Positions 8,372-18,003 of a stretch of 64,000 nt of DNA are shown here, in pieces (positions within the stretch are counted from its first letter, which is position 1; the number at the start of each line of letters is the position of its first letter). A program made the translations under genes and the position numbers. Under the pieces are notes generated by a model. That model saw only the letters and a list, made by a program, of their open reading frames with translations, was not told the origin of the DNA and did no database searches. The DNA comes from an uncultured Candidatus Binatia bacterium (GTDB lineage Bacteria; Desulfobacterota; Binatia; UBA9968; JAJDTQ01): positions 1 through 64,000 of the forward strand of contig OZ243916.1 in the NCBI GenBank assembly GCA_965213675.1, in the 5' to 3' direction.

Positions 8372-9166
8372 TCAGGCTCCCACCGTCCAGTACCGGCCGT
8401 TGCGCTTTCGCAAGGCCAGCGGCGTTTCGTAAAGCTCCCGGAGCAACGTTTCGGTGATGACCCTGTCCGTTGCGCCGCACCGGAACACGCGGCCGTCCTT
8501 TAGCACCAGCGTCTTCTCGAAAGCGGGCAGGATCTCTTCGATGTGGTGCGTGACATACACCAGCGCGGTGGCGCCGGTGGTGCGTCCCAACTCCTGGAGT
8601 GCGGCCAGGAGGCTCTCCCGCGCTCCCGGGTCCAACCCTGCGCATGGCTCGTCCAGAAACATCAGGTAGGGCCGGGTCATCAGCGCCCGGCAGATCAGCA
8701 CCTTCTGCTGCTCGCCTTGGGAGAGCGTGCCGAACGCCTGGTCCTTCAGGCGCAGGCAGCCCATGCGCTCCATGAGAGCCTCGGCCTGGTCGAAATCCTC
8801 CTCAACCGGGTGGACGCTGGACATCTCCAGCAGGCCGATCTGCGCGAACCGGCCGGATACCACCGTCCGCAGCGCCCGTTCCCGCCCGGGGATCTGCGAG
8901 GCCAGGGATACGGTGACCCAGCCAATGCCCTTGCGCAGCTCGCGAAGATCCACCCGCCGGCTGCCGTTGCGATGGACGGTGCCGCCCTGGTTCGGCCACA
9001 GGTACCCGCACGCCATCTTCAGCAGCGTGGTCTTGCCCGAGCCGTTGGGCCCCAGGATCACCCAGTGTTCGCCCCGGCGCACGGTCCATTCGATGGAGTC
9101 GAGAATGGTGCGCTCCCCCGCCGCGTAGGAAACATTGCGGATATCGAGTGGGACCGACGTGTTCAT
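8372..9166 (-). CDS. ABC transporter ATP-binding protein (ModF/YlmA-like)
   Basis: GPNGSGKTT, LSQGE, LDEP and VTHH motifs. Confidence 0.9.
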   Translation of the reverse strand: MNTSVPLDIRNVSYAAGERTILDSIEWTVRRGEHWVILGPNGSGKTTLLKMACGYLWPNQGGTVHRNGSRRVDLRELRKGIGWVTVSLASQIPGRERALRTVVSGRFAQIGLLEMSSVHPVEEDFDQAEALMERMGCLRLKDQAFGTLSQGEQQKVLICRALMTRPYLMFLDEPCAGLDPGARESLLAALQELGRTTGATALVYVTHHIEEILPAFEKTLVLKDGRVFRCGATDRVITETLLRELYETPLALRKRNGRYWTVGA

Positions 9167-9309
9167 GCTTCCCGTCTCCTCCGAAACGCTTTTTCTCGCG
9201 TATTCCGCCCGCTGTTCTCACTCCGCCTGCGGGTCTCGTTCCAGCTCCAGATTGCATTCCGCCCCAAAGGGTCGGCGCGGCCTGGCTGTTGACTGGGAAG
9301 ACTCGCGTG

Positions 9310-10140
9310 TCAGCGCCACGAGTGCCGCGGCTCCCAACCGAGGATCTGCCTGGCCTTGGCGTTGTTGAAAACGCCCTGGGTGCCGGTGAGTCCCCTCGCA
9401 CGGTCGCCTACGGCGGGGTTGAGACGCGGCAGCAGGTCGCACAGGGGTTCCGCCACGGTGCTGTCGTCCGCCACCACGAACATGACGGCGCCGCTCGGCA
9501 CGGGGCGCTCCACCGCCATTCGGAACGCCACCGCCAGGTCGCGTACGTCGATGTAGCTGTACTCGCGCCATTCGCCGGGTTTGCGTCCGCCCGCGCGCCG
9601 CATCTCGTCCAGCGCCTCGGGCGTCACCACCCCGCTGGGCCGGATGACCACGGTCTCCACGCCCTTGCGAGCGTAGGAGCGCGCGATGGTCTCGCCCACC
9701 TGCTTCGACAGGCCATAGGCATCGATGGGCCGGCACGGGTGCTCCTCGTCGATGGGCAGGTAATCGGGCAAAAACGCTCCTTCGCTGTAGGCCCATCCCA
9801 CCGCGGCGTTGCTGCTGGTGGAGACCACCCGTGGGATGCCCAGACGAAACGCCGCGTGGTGCGCGTTGAACGTGCCGGTCACATTGGTCTGGAATACCAC
9901 GCCGGAAGGGGCGACATGAGGATTGTGCACCGCGGCCAGGTGGATGATGGCGTCGGCGCCCGCGGCCGCCTCAATCATCTGGCCGAGATCCTGCACCTCC
10001 CCCATCAGGTATCTGGCCGGGCTGTCCTCCCGCGGGCCGGGCAGCCGGTCCAGAACCGTGACCCCGTGGCCGCCCCGCAACAACTCGTCCACGACATGCT
10101 CGCCAACCTTGCCCAATCCTCCGGTGACCAGAATCTTCAC
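9310..10140 (-). CDS. NAD-dependent epimerase/dehydratase
   Basis: ILVTGGLGKVG, IIHLAA, YGLSK and YIDVRD motifs. Confidence 0.9.
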   Translation of the reverse strand: MKILVTGGLGKVGEHVVDELLRGGHGVTVLDRLPGPREDSPARYLMGEVQDLGQMIEAAAGADAIIHLAAVHNPHVAPSGVVFQTNVTGTFNAHHAAFRLGIPRVVSTSSNAAVGWAYSEGAFLPDYLPIDEEHPCRPIDAYGLSKQVGETIARSYARKGVETVVIRPSGVVTPEALDEMRRAGGRKPGEWREYSYIDVRDLAVAFRMAVERPVPSGAVMFVVADDSTVAEPLCDLLPRLNPAVGDRARGLTGTQGVFNNAKARQILGWEPRHSWR

Positions 10141-10472
10141 GGTGAACCCTCCTCCGCGCGCCCCGGCGCGAACCGCGCGGCTTGATTGCCGCGCCCCCGG
10201 CTACGAGCTACCACCGCGTAGCGTTTGCCGTCAAGAAACGCATTCCTCGCGGATTCACCCGATGGCGGTCCTCAGTCCGTCTTCTTCAGGATTCTCCAAC
10301 GTTGTCGGCAGGACGCGATGACGTGCATGCCATGGGCACTGCCGGCGCCTCCGCCAGGGGGACCCTTGTCTGGCGGATTCAAAGATGTACGTTGGATGTG
10401 GGAGAGTGCAGGACAGCGCTATGGGAATGACGTTTCTGATTGGGTCGTGACTGCGGAACATGCAGCGAGGTA

Positions 10473-11657
10473 ATGTCCATGAGGAGTCTCGTGTTGAACC
10501 GGCCGTGGCCGGGAATGGGCCGGCGCCTGGCCAGTCTTGCCGTGGGCGTATGGGTCGTTGTCCTCGGTTTGTCCGGGTTTGCCGGTGCGGAAACGGTGGA
10601 GCGCACCGAACGGCACAGCGTACGCGTGCGCATCCTGACCCGCGGGCTCGATCATCCGTGGTCGCTGGCATTTCTCCCGGATGGACGGATGCTCGTCACC
10701 GAGCGGGCCGGGCGGCTGCGCTACGTGGGCGCCGACGGCACGCTGGACCCGACCCCAGTCTCCGGTCTTCCCGAGACGTTGACGGCGAGGCGGCAGGGCG
10801 GTCTGCACGACGTCGTGCTGCACCCGCGCTTTGCGCAGAACCGACTTGTCTACCTGGCCTATGCGGGTAACGGCGTGGGCGGGTACGGCACCGAGTTGGC
10901 TCGCGGTCGGCTCGACGGCTACCGCCTCACCGATGTGAAGGTTCTGTTCCGGGCCTTGCCCAAGTATTGGGGCGGCCGGCACTTCGGCGGCAGGGTGGTG
11001 CTTGACGGCAAGGGGCACGTGTTTCTGACCTTGGGGGATCGGGGCACCCGGTCGAGCGCACAGGACCTGTCCGCCCACGCGGGCTCCGTCATCCGCCTCA
11101 CCGAGGACGGCCGCGTGCCCGCGGACAATCCCTTCGTGTCCGTGGCCGGGGCTCGGCCGGAGATATACTCCCTCGGCAACCGCAACATACAGGGCGCGGC
11201 CATGAACCCGTGGACCGGCGAACTCTGGACCCACGAACACGGACCACAGGGCGGCGACGAGATCAATGTCATCCGCGCCGGCGTCAACTACGGCTGGCCG
11301 GTCATCACCCATGGCAGGAACTACGGCATCGGCACGCGCATCGGCGAGGGGACTCGCAAGGAAGGCATGGCCCAGCCGCTGCACCAGTGGACACCGTCCA
11401 TCGCCCCGTCGGGCATGGCCTTCTACGACGGCGACGTCTATCCGGGCTGGCGCGGCAACCTGCTGGTGGGCGCCCTCGCCTACCGCCTGCTGGCGCGCCT
11501 CGAACTCGACGGAGAGCGGGTGGCGCATGAAGAGCGCATGCTCGAAGGGATGCTCGGCCGCATTCGCGACGTCCGTGTCAGCCCCGACGGCTACATCTAT
11601 CTCCTGAGCGATGAGAACCCCGGCGTGATCGCGCGCCTGGAGCCCGCGGACGGTTGA
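10473..11657 (+). CDS. PQQ-dependent soluble aldose sugar dehydrogenase (YliI/GSDH-like); start uncertain
   Basis: Signal peptide; PWSLAFLPDG, HFGGR, GNRNIQG, EHGPQGGDEIN, NYGWP and RIRDV motifs. Confidence 0.92.
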   Translation: MSMRSLVLNRPWPGMGRRLASLAVGVWVVVLGLSGFAGAETVERTERHSVRVRILTRGLDHPWSLAFLPDGRMLVTERAGRLRYVGADGTLDPTPVSGLPETLTARRQGGLHDVVLHPRFAQNRLVYLAYAGNGVGGYGTELARGRLDGYRLTDVKVLFRALPKYWGGRHFGGRVVLDGKGHVFLTLGDRGTRSSAQDLSAHAGSVIRLTEDGRVPADNPFVSVAGARPEIYSLGNRNIQGAAMNPWTGELWTHEHGPQGGDEINVIRAGVNYGWPVITHGRNYGIGTRIGEGTRKEGMAQPLHQWTPSIAPSGMAFYDGDVYPGWRGNLLVGALAYRLLARLELDGERVAHEERMLEGMLGRIRDVRVSPDGYIYLLSDENPGVIARLEPADG

Positions 11658-11724
11658 GGATCCAAGGCTTGCCCTTCGTTGAGCGTTCGATGGTCCCGCC
11701 GCGAGATAAACACGGCAGGACGCG

Positions 11725-13011
11725 TTACTCCGCGCCCACCTCCGCCCTCAGCGAATCCAGCGCCTCCTCCACGAGTTTGCGCCGGAGGGCCTTTTCTTCG
11801 TCCGGCGGAAGGCTCGCGTCTCCGGCGACGTGGACGATGCCGTGGCCCAGGACGACGCGGTTGGATCCCACCATCTTGGCGATGGGGAGGGCGGAGGTCA
11901 TCTGCACGACGGGGACGCCGGCCTTTTCGAGCTCGGTGGTGATCGCAGCGCCGCTGCGAGTGCTGGTGCCTCATGTGGAGGTGAGGATGACGGCGTCTAC
12001 CCCCTCGCGCTTGACTTTTTCGGCCATCTCGCGGCCCAGCCGGCGGGTGTTGGAGAGCGGATTGGACAGGCCGGAGGTGGAGAGGAACTCGCCGTGAACC
12101 TCGCCGACCACGCCTTCCTTCTCCAGTTGCCGCAACGCATCGAGGGGCACGAGGCGGTCGGGGTCGGCCTGGACGAAGCGCGGGTCGTAGCCGCCGTGGG
12201 AGATTTCGTAGTCTTCGCCGGCCAAGTCGTCCGCGCCGGAGATGTCGTAGGCGCCCCAGCGGGTGGCGGCCATGCCCTCGATGTGATCCGGGTTGCCCCT
12301 GGGCACGAGGCCGCCGTCGGTGATGAGCATCACCCGGGCCTTGGACAGGTCGTCGACACCCTTGGGCGTGGCCACGGGCTCGAAGGTGGTGACCGGCATC
12401 TCGGTGTCGAACGGCTCCCCCTGGACCTTGGCCAGGACCATTTCCACGAGCCGTTCCGCCGAGGTCTTGTCCACGAACTGGTCCCGGATCAGGCCGCGGG
12501 TGATGTAGCCTTCTTCGCGGGGTAGGCCGACAGGCTCGCCGGCCACGAGCTTCCGCGCGAGGCCGGCCATGCGTTGGACCACCTGCTTCATATGGGCGGC
12601 GTTCTTGCCCGAATCGATGATGTAGAGGCTTTCGCGGTAGAGGTCGACGCCGGGGTTTTCCTCGTGCATGGCGGTGACGGCAGGGATACCAAGCTCGTTT
12701 TGCACGACGACACACATGGCGCCGGCGGCCATGCCGTAACGCCCCGCGTCAAAGCAGGGGCCGGCCACGAACAGGTCGGCGCGGGCGTCCCGGACATGCT
12801 CCAACACCGCGGCCACCACATCTTCCTGGCGCTCCACCGCGTGGTTGTCGCCGCACACCAAGGTGGTGACCACCGCGGCGCCGTCGCCCAGGGTCTGCTC
12901 CAGCAGCCGGCCCGGACCCACGGCGTTGACCACCGCTCGCAACGGGCTCCCGGCCTGCTCCTCGCCGCCGACGCCCCCGAAGAACTGGTTCAGATAGTGA
13001 ACGACTCTCAT
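11725..13011 (-). CDS. grdB: Glycine/sarcosine/betaine reductase selenoprotein B-like protein (in-frame UGA at 11971-11973 read as Sec)
   Basis: MRVVHYLNQFFGG, AGPCFDAGRYG, HGGYD and ILTST-U-GTSTRSGA. The frame continues in phase after the UGA as a GrdB C-terminus to TAA at 11725. Confidence 0.85.
11943..11959 (-). promoter_or_regulatory. Putative bacterial SECIS element
   Basis: mRNA UGA + 11 nt + UCGCAGC-GGC-GCUGCGA (perfect 7-bp stem, G-containing loop). Confidence 0.75.
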
Positions 13012-13080
13012 GGTTGCAGCCTCCCGGTTCAAAGAGGGGAACACGACCGCCGCGTTCCGTCCCGCCGCTGAATTCCCGTT

Positions 13081-14361
13081 TCAGTACACCACCGCCCGCA
13101 GTCGCGAAGCGCCCTGTTGGTTGGTGATGCCGACCACGTTCATGGCGCTTAATTCCCGGACACCGGCCAGGCGCTCGCCCATGGCCGGGGTGGCCGCGAT
13201 GATGCGGCCGGCGGGCGGCGCCTGCCAGCGGGTGTCGTTGCCGCCGCCGTAGACGATGGCGTTCACTTCGGGAAAGTTGAACAGCAGGGCCGACTCCACG
13301 CGGCGGTCGCGCGATACGTCCGAGACCATCACCGAGGTGCGGACGCCGGCGGATTCCAGCAGCCGCGCGGTCTCCGCCAGATCGGCATGGGGTACGCCGC
13401 CGCCATACTTGGTGAGCACCGCGGCGTCGGCGTTGAGCGCCCACCGCACCAGCGAGGCGGCCGAGCGGCAGTTGCGGTCGCGGTCGGCGTTGTCCGACCC
13501 GGCGATGCTGGCCACGGCGCCCACGAAGGTCAACTCGCCGGCGTGGTGCCGCCGGTACAGTTCCATGACGATGGGATGGTTCTGATAGCCGTAGGTCTCG
13601 GCCCCGCCCATGGACGTGTAGTACGACGTCACTAGCGCGCCGTCGAGCCACTCGTCCGGGTGCAGCAGCACCGGCAGCATGCCGGTGGTGTTGAGTCCGT
13701 AAAGCACGGGCTCGTCCAGTTCCGCCTGCCGCTGGCGCGAGAAGATCTGCCCCACGTACGCCACCCGGGGGAGACCGGCGCGTTCCGAAGGCCCCGGGTT
13801 GACGGGCTCGAAGGTGTGTCGCTCCGCGGGCGCGTGCGCGAGCGCCGCGCGGGCCAGGCGCACGGCAGCCCTGAGCGCGGCCACGCGTTTCGCCCGCTTG
13901 GCCGCGTGGGTTTCCGTCCCCTCCTTGACGCGGGGTATGACGATCAGGTGTGCCAGCCCGGAATACCACGAAACTTCGGCGGCTGGCCCGTCCATTTGCA
14001 GCACCCGGCCCACGGCGCCGCGCGAGCCGCCCGCGGCGTGCTCGTCCAGGACCGTCACGGCCATGCCAGAAAGCACATGGGTCGTGCCCATGCCGGCCGT
14101 CAGCGGAGGCCCGAGAATCCCGGGAAAGTCGGGACTGCCGCCGTCCGCCTTGGCCCTGGGCTCGACGATGTCGAACACGGGTCCGGCGCGGCAGTCCTCG
14201 CCCGGGGCCGCGAGGTCGAAGGCAACGTCGCTCAGCGCCTCATCTTCGAGCAGCACCCGTCGAAGCGCGTCCGTGTCGATTTGAAGCGTGGTTCCGACCA
14301 GCCGGGTTGGCGAGCCGAAGCAAAGGGTTCGCACCGGATGGTACGCAAGAGTCAGGTTCAC
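13081..14361 (-). CDS. Glycine/sarcosine/betaine reductase component B proprotein-like (GrdE/GrdG/GrdI family)
   Basis: DIVEPRAK...FPG...G.THVL.G, PVLLHPDEWLDGA, YQNHPIVMELY and TKYGGG motifs; GGAGGG RBS plus GTG; upstream of grdB. Confidence 0.85.
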   Translation of the reverse strand: MNLTLAYHPVRTLCFGSPTRLVGTTLQIDTDALRRVLLEDEALSDVAFDLAAPGEDCRAGPVFDIVEPRAKADGGSPDFPGILGPPLTAGMGTTHVLSGMAVTVLDEHAAGGSRGAVGRVLQMDGPAAEVSWYSGLAHLIVIPRVKEGTETHAAKRAKRVAALRAAVRLARAALAHAPAERHTFEPVNPGPSERAGLPRVAYVGQIFSRQRQAELDEPVLYGLNTTGMLPVLLHPDEWLDGALVTSYYTSMGGAETYGYQNHPIVMELYRRHHAGELTFVGAVASIAGSDNADRDRNCRSAASLVRWALNADAAVLTKYGGGVPHADLAETARLLESAGVRTSVMVSDVSRDRRVESALLFNFPEVNAIVYGGGNDTRWQAPPAGRIIAATPAMGERLAGVRELSAMNVVGITNQQGASRLRAVVY

Positions 14362-14597
14362 GCGGTGCCCTCCATGCCTGGGAGCCTGTCGGGCACAGGA
14401 TTCCACATTCACGGGGCGATGGCAAAGCGGATGCACACTCTGCGTGACTCCGGGCTTCCCGCGTCCGGGCGTACAGGACGCCATGCGTCCACGTCACCAG
14501 ACGTGGTTGCGGCGCCCACTCGATGGAATGCCGGGACCACTTCCGGCGTGGACCCCGTGGGGCGCCGCGATGGGTCGTGAACTCCAGCGCGTCAGGA

Positions 14598-16178
14598 TCA
14601 GGGCGGGCCAGCGCGGGCGAGGTATTCCCCGACCGCGGCGCCGTATTCCGCCGCGTGGACGCCGTAGTCGGACAAGTCTCCGACGTGGCAGTGGAGCGCC
14701 CAGAGGGCGGCGTCCCGGTGTCCGGGTTCGCTGGTGAGGTCGAAAAGCGCGAGGAAGAAGCGGGCCGCGGCGCCGTTCCCGGAAATGAGGGTGAGGGGAT
14801 AGTGCAGGTAGGCCGGACCCTTCTCCGCGACGTCCAACCAGCCGCCGGCCGGGTTCCGCAGGCGTGTGCGAATGAAATCCGCGAGCGCCTCGGCGCGCCG
14901 CCGGAAAAGCGCATCGTGGGTGGCCTTGAAACCGTCGACCAGCGCGCGGCCCATCCAGACCTGGTCGGCCAGCAAGCCCCGAAGCCGCGGGGCGGTGTCG
15001 AAATAGTGGGCCATGCCGCGGGTAGCGTCCCACCCCCGTTCCAGCAGCAGGCGCAGCGTCGCCAGGGCGTCCTCGGCGCTGTCCTGGCGTCCCAGGACGC
15101 GGGCAGCGCGCAGGCCGGCGCACACCGCGCGGGCGTTGGCGTCGGTGTACATCCAGGAATCGGTGATGGAGAACATGCCCCGGTTCCTGTGCGCCAGCGA
15201 GTCCGGCGGCAGGTCCCGGCCGGGGGTGACGCGTATGTAGTCACGGCAGCCGTGGAAGTACGGCAGGGACGGATCGCGGAGGCCTTGGCGCAGGTAGTTC
15301 AGCAATTCCTCGGCGAGTTCGCGGAAAAATCCCTCGCCAGTGATCTCGAACACGTGCAGCGCATTGTCCAGCAGGGATGCGTGGTCCCACAGGAGCTTTT
15401 CGTGGTGCGGCTCGTTCCAGTCCCGTTTGGACGAATAGCGGAAGAAGCCGCCCTCGGGATCGTGGGTCTTGCTCCGATGCATGTGGTAGAGGGTGAGGCG
15501 CACGTGGTTGAGAAAACGCATATCGCCGGTGGCCTGATGGCGCAGGAGCAGGAACTCGTTGGCTTCGCAGTGCGGGAACTTGCGCTCCAAACCGTAGCCG
15601 CCGTGCATGGGGTCGGCCAGGCGCCACAGGGCGCCGGCGATCTTGTCCAGGGTCACCGCATCCGGGGTTACAGGGTTCGGGGATGGATCTTCGGCCGGAG
15701 GATGATGCGGCGCTGGCGCGGATGCGTCCGGTGCAAGGGACTCCTGTGCAAGCGAGTCCTTCGCCAATGAATTCGGTGCGAAGCCCGCATGGGTCTCGCG
15801 GTCCTGATAGCCCACGTGAATCCGCACCAGCACGTCGCTAAAGTCCGCCGGCGACAGGTAGTTGACCCCGGCCAGATAGTCGCCGCCGGCGCTCATGAAC
15901 ACCAGGGTGGGCCAGCCGTTCCGGTTGTAGCGCACGTCGATGTCCGGGCGCTGGGCGTCCTCCACCCGTACCGGCACGAAGTAGGCGTTGAGCAGCGCGA
16001 TGACCTCCGTGTGCGAGAACGTGGTCTCGTCCATGCGCTGGCACACGCCGCACCAGAAAGCGCCGAGGAAGAGCATCACGGGTTTGCCCTCGCGCCGGGC
16101 GCGTTCGAAGGCGTCGGGCCCCCAGTCGTGCCAGTGGATGCGATGGGCGTCGTTGGGGTTGGGGGAGAAGCGGAACAT
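14598..16178 (-). CDS. DUF255/YyaL (Spata20-like) thioredoxin-domain protein
   Basis: IHWHDWGPDAF...WCGVCQRMD...RPDID.RY...GWPT, GGFFRYS and PHHEKLL motifs. The likely start is 16178; the longer ORF-track extension is antisense to the next gene. Confidence 0.88.
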   Translation of the reverse strand: MFRFSPNPNDAHRIHWHDWGPDAFERARREGKPVMLFLGAFWCGVCQRMDETTFSHTEVIALLNAYFVPVRVEDAQRPDIDVRYNRNGWPTLVFMSAGGDYLAGVNYLSPADFSDVLVRIHVGYQDRETHAGFAPNSLAKDSLAQESLAPDASAPAPHHPPAEDPSPNPVTPDAVTLDKIAGALWRLADPMHGGYGLERKFPHCEANEFLLLRHQATGDMRFLNHVRLTLYHMHRSKTHDPEGGFFRYSSKRDWNEPHHEKLLWDHASLLDNALHVFEITGEGFFRELAEELLNYLRQGLRDPSLPYFHGCRDYIRVTPGRDLPPDSLAHRNRGMFSITDSWMYTDANARAVCAGLRAARVLGRQDSAEDALATLRLLLERGWDATRGMAHYFDTAPRLRGLLADQVWMGRALVDGFKATHDALFRRRAEALADFIRTRLRNPAGGWLDVAEKGPAYLHYPLTLISGNGAAARFFLALFDLTSEPGHRDAALWALHCHVGDLSDYGVHAAEYGAAVGEYLARAGPP

Positions 16179-16342
16179 GGCGGCGTCCTGTGGAAATCGG
16201 GGTCCTTCACCATATGCGCAGGATTGCCTGCCGCCGGCAAGGCGGAAGAAGGCCCGCCGGTTTCCTTTGCGCGGGGCGCCCGCCGGTTGCCCCTGCAACA
16301 CGCGTGGCGTCCGCCAAAGCGCCCGCCGGCCGCCTCCGAACT

Positions 16343-16442
16343 TCGTCCCGCCTCGCCGACAACAAGACCCTTGCGCATCTTGTCGCAGAAATTTACGACA
16401 CAGGAGACCGGCATCGCTGCAGGGGCGACCGCCGGTCGCGCC
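16343..16442. repeat. Half copy of MITE family A followed by a GTAG-type REP
   Basis: GCCTCGCCGACAACAAGA...CTTGTCGCAGAAATTTACG, then TGCAGGGGCGACCGCCGGTCGC. Confidence 0.55.
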
Positions 16443-16505
16443 ATGTGGGGTGTCTATAGTAGACACGAGTAGACACGACTCCATCATCACCACCGGAGGT
16501 TTTCC

Positions 16506-17870
16506 ATGTCCGCATCCGCCATCGACCTTCCCGCCGCGGTGTCCCGCGAACAGACCATCCGCGACTCCGAAACGGTTCTCGCCATGCCGGACATCCCGGT
16601 ACGCGTCGAGGAGGACATCATCCGCATCGAGGCGCTGGGGCTGGAATGGGACATCGGCATGGCTGTGTACCAGCCGGAGGACGAGAGCCGGATTCCCGCG
16701 GGCGCCGACGGCCGCAAGGTGGGCATCTTCCTGCTCCACGGCGGTTCCGGCGACTACAAGACCATGGACCGGGTGGCCCGGCTCGCGGCCGGCAAGTTCG
16801 GATTCAAGGTCCTGAGCGGCACCTTCCCCGGCCGGTTCTACTTCCCGGACGCGAGCCGCGACTGGCCCGACGACACCATCCACGCCGACGGCAGCGTGCG
16901 CACGCCCATCTGGAAGCAGGGCGAGCCCATCGGACGCGACGAGTACGACGTGGCGCGCGACGTGTCCATGCGGCCGCGCTACGGCATCCGCACCGTGGCG
17001 CGGGCCAAACCCGGCACCAACTTCTATTACCGCATGGCGGCGTGGCCCGTGGCCTTCGAGGAAGGCATGAGGGAGGCCATGCGGAGGCATCTGCCCGAGG
17101 GCGTGTTCTCCATCTACGGCGAGGGCCATTCCACCGGCGGCCCCTTTGTCTCCATGCTGTCCCAGCGGGTGCCCAACTTCGCCGGCGTGGTGGCCACCGA
17201 GCACACGCCTTTTGGTCACGTGGGCGCCCTGCGCGACAACTGGAGCGGCTCGCTGGGGAAGGTGTCCGGCTTCGAGCGCGTGAGCACCGAAGACGCGGCA
17301 CGCAGCGATCCGTTCAACGAGCTGTACATCCGCACCTGGCGCGACCTGGCGCGCTACGCCGGCCCAGAGGCCCTGGGACAGCAGGGGCCGGCGGCGTTGA
17401 TGCAATTGCCCATGCTGATGGAGGAGATCCTCGACACATGGGACCGGGCGAGGGCGCGGCCCCAGTTCAAGGCGGAATACGTCATCACCCACGACATTTC
17501 CGGCTCGTTGGCCGAAGCCGCCCGGGTGAGCGCCAAACGGCTGGGCATGAACGCCGGCGCGACCGAGGCGCTGGTGGCCCGCTACCGCGGCTATCCCCGG
17601 GAGTTGTCGGGCGCGGGCGCGCCGCCGCTGCCGCCGTTCCTGTTCGTCATCACCAAGGACAGCCGGGACCACAGCCCGGAGGTCTACAAGGAAGTGATCC
17701 TGCCCGCCTTTGCGGCCATGCGGCCCGCGCCCAGGACCCACCTGACGCACTTCGGCGCGGGCGTGCACAGTTTCTGGAAGGCGGAGGACGGACTGCCGCA
17801 CGGGATCGCGCCCGCCGCCATCAAGCTGTGGCATGATGCCATCACGGGCGGGTACTTCGTCACCGCGTAG
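16506..17870 (+). CDS. Uncharacterised alpha/beta-hydrolase-fold protein
   Basis: FLLHGGSGD and GHSTGG nucleophile elbow, C-terminal GVH; GGAGG RBS. Confidence 0.7.
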   Translation: MSASAIDLPAAVSREQTIRDSETVLAMPDIPVRVEEDIIRIEALGLEWDIGMAVYQPEDESRIPAGADGRKVGIFLLHGGSGDYKTMDRVARLAAGKFGFKVLSGTFPGRFYFPDASRDWPDDTIHADGSVRTPIWKQGEPIGRDEYDVARDVSMRPRYGIRTVARAKPGTNFYYRMAAWPVAFEEGMREAMRRHLPEGVFSIYGEGHSTGGPFVSMLSQRVPNFAGVVATEHTPFGHVGALRDNWSGSLGKVSGFERVSTEDAARSDPFNELYIRTWRDLARYAGPEALGQQGPAALMQLPMLMEEILDTWDRARARPQFKAEYVITHDISGSLAEAARVSAKRLGMNAGATEALVARYRGYPRELSGAGAPPLPPFLFVITKDSRDHSPEVYKEVILPAFAAMRPAPRTHLTHFGAGVHSFWKAEDGLPHGIAPAAIKLWHDAITGGYFVTA

Positions 17871-17962
17871 GCGCGTGGCGGAATGTCGGTCGGGGCGGCA
17901 CGCGGTAGCCCTTTGAATCGTTCGTGGGACAGGCGAAGCGTCCACCGGCGAACTCCCAGCGA

Positions 17963-17995
17963 GGAGCTTGCGTGAATTCCTGCGGCGCAAGCTCC
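17963..17995. repeat. Minimal hairpin derivative of MITE family B
   Basis: GGAGCTTGCG-TGAATTCCTGCGG-CGCAAGCTCC: both termini with the core missing. Confidence 0.7.
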
Positions 17996-18003
17996 GAGGT
18001 CAC

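Noticed and set aside
11971-11973. TGA read as a nonsense mutation (grdB pseudogene or two genes)
   Set aside because: It lies at the known Sec position of GrdB, is followed by a SECIS-like hairpin, and the C-terminus continues in frame
16179-17990. N-terminal ~600 aa of the 1130-aa minus-strand ORF 14598..17990
   Set aside because: It is the antisense shadow of the 16506-17870 gene plus intergenic repeats; recognisable DUF255 sequence begins at 16178
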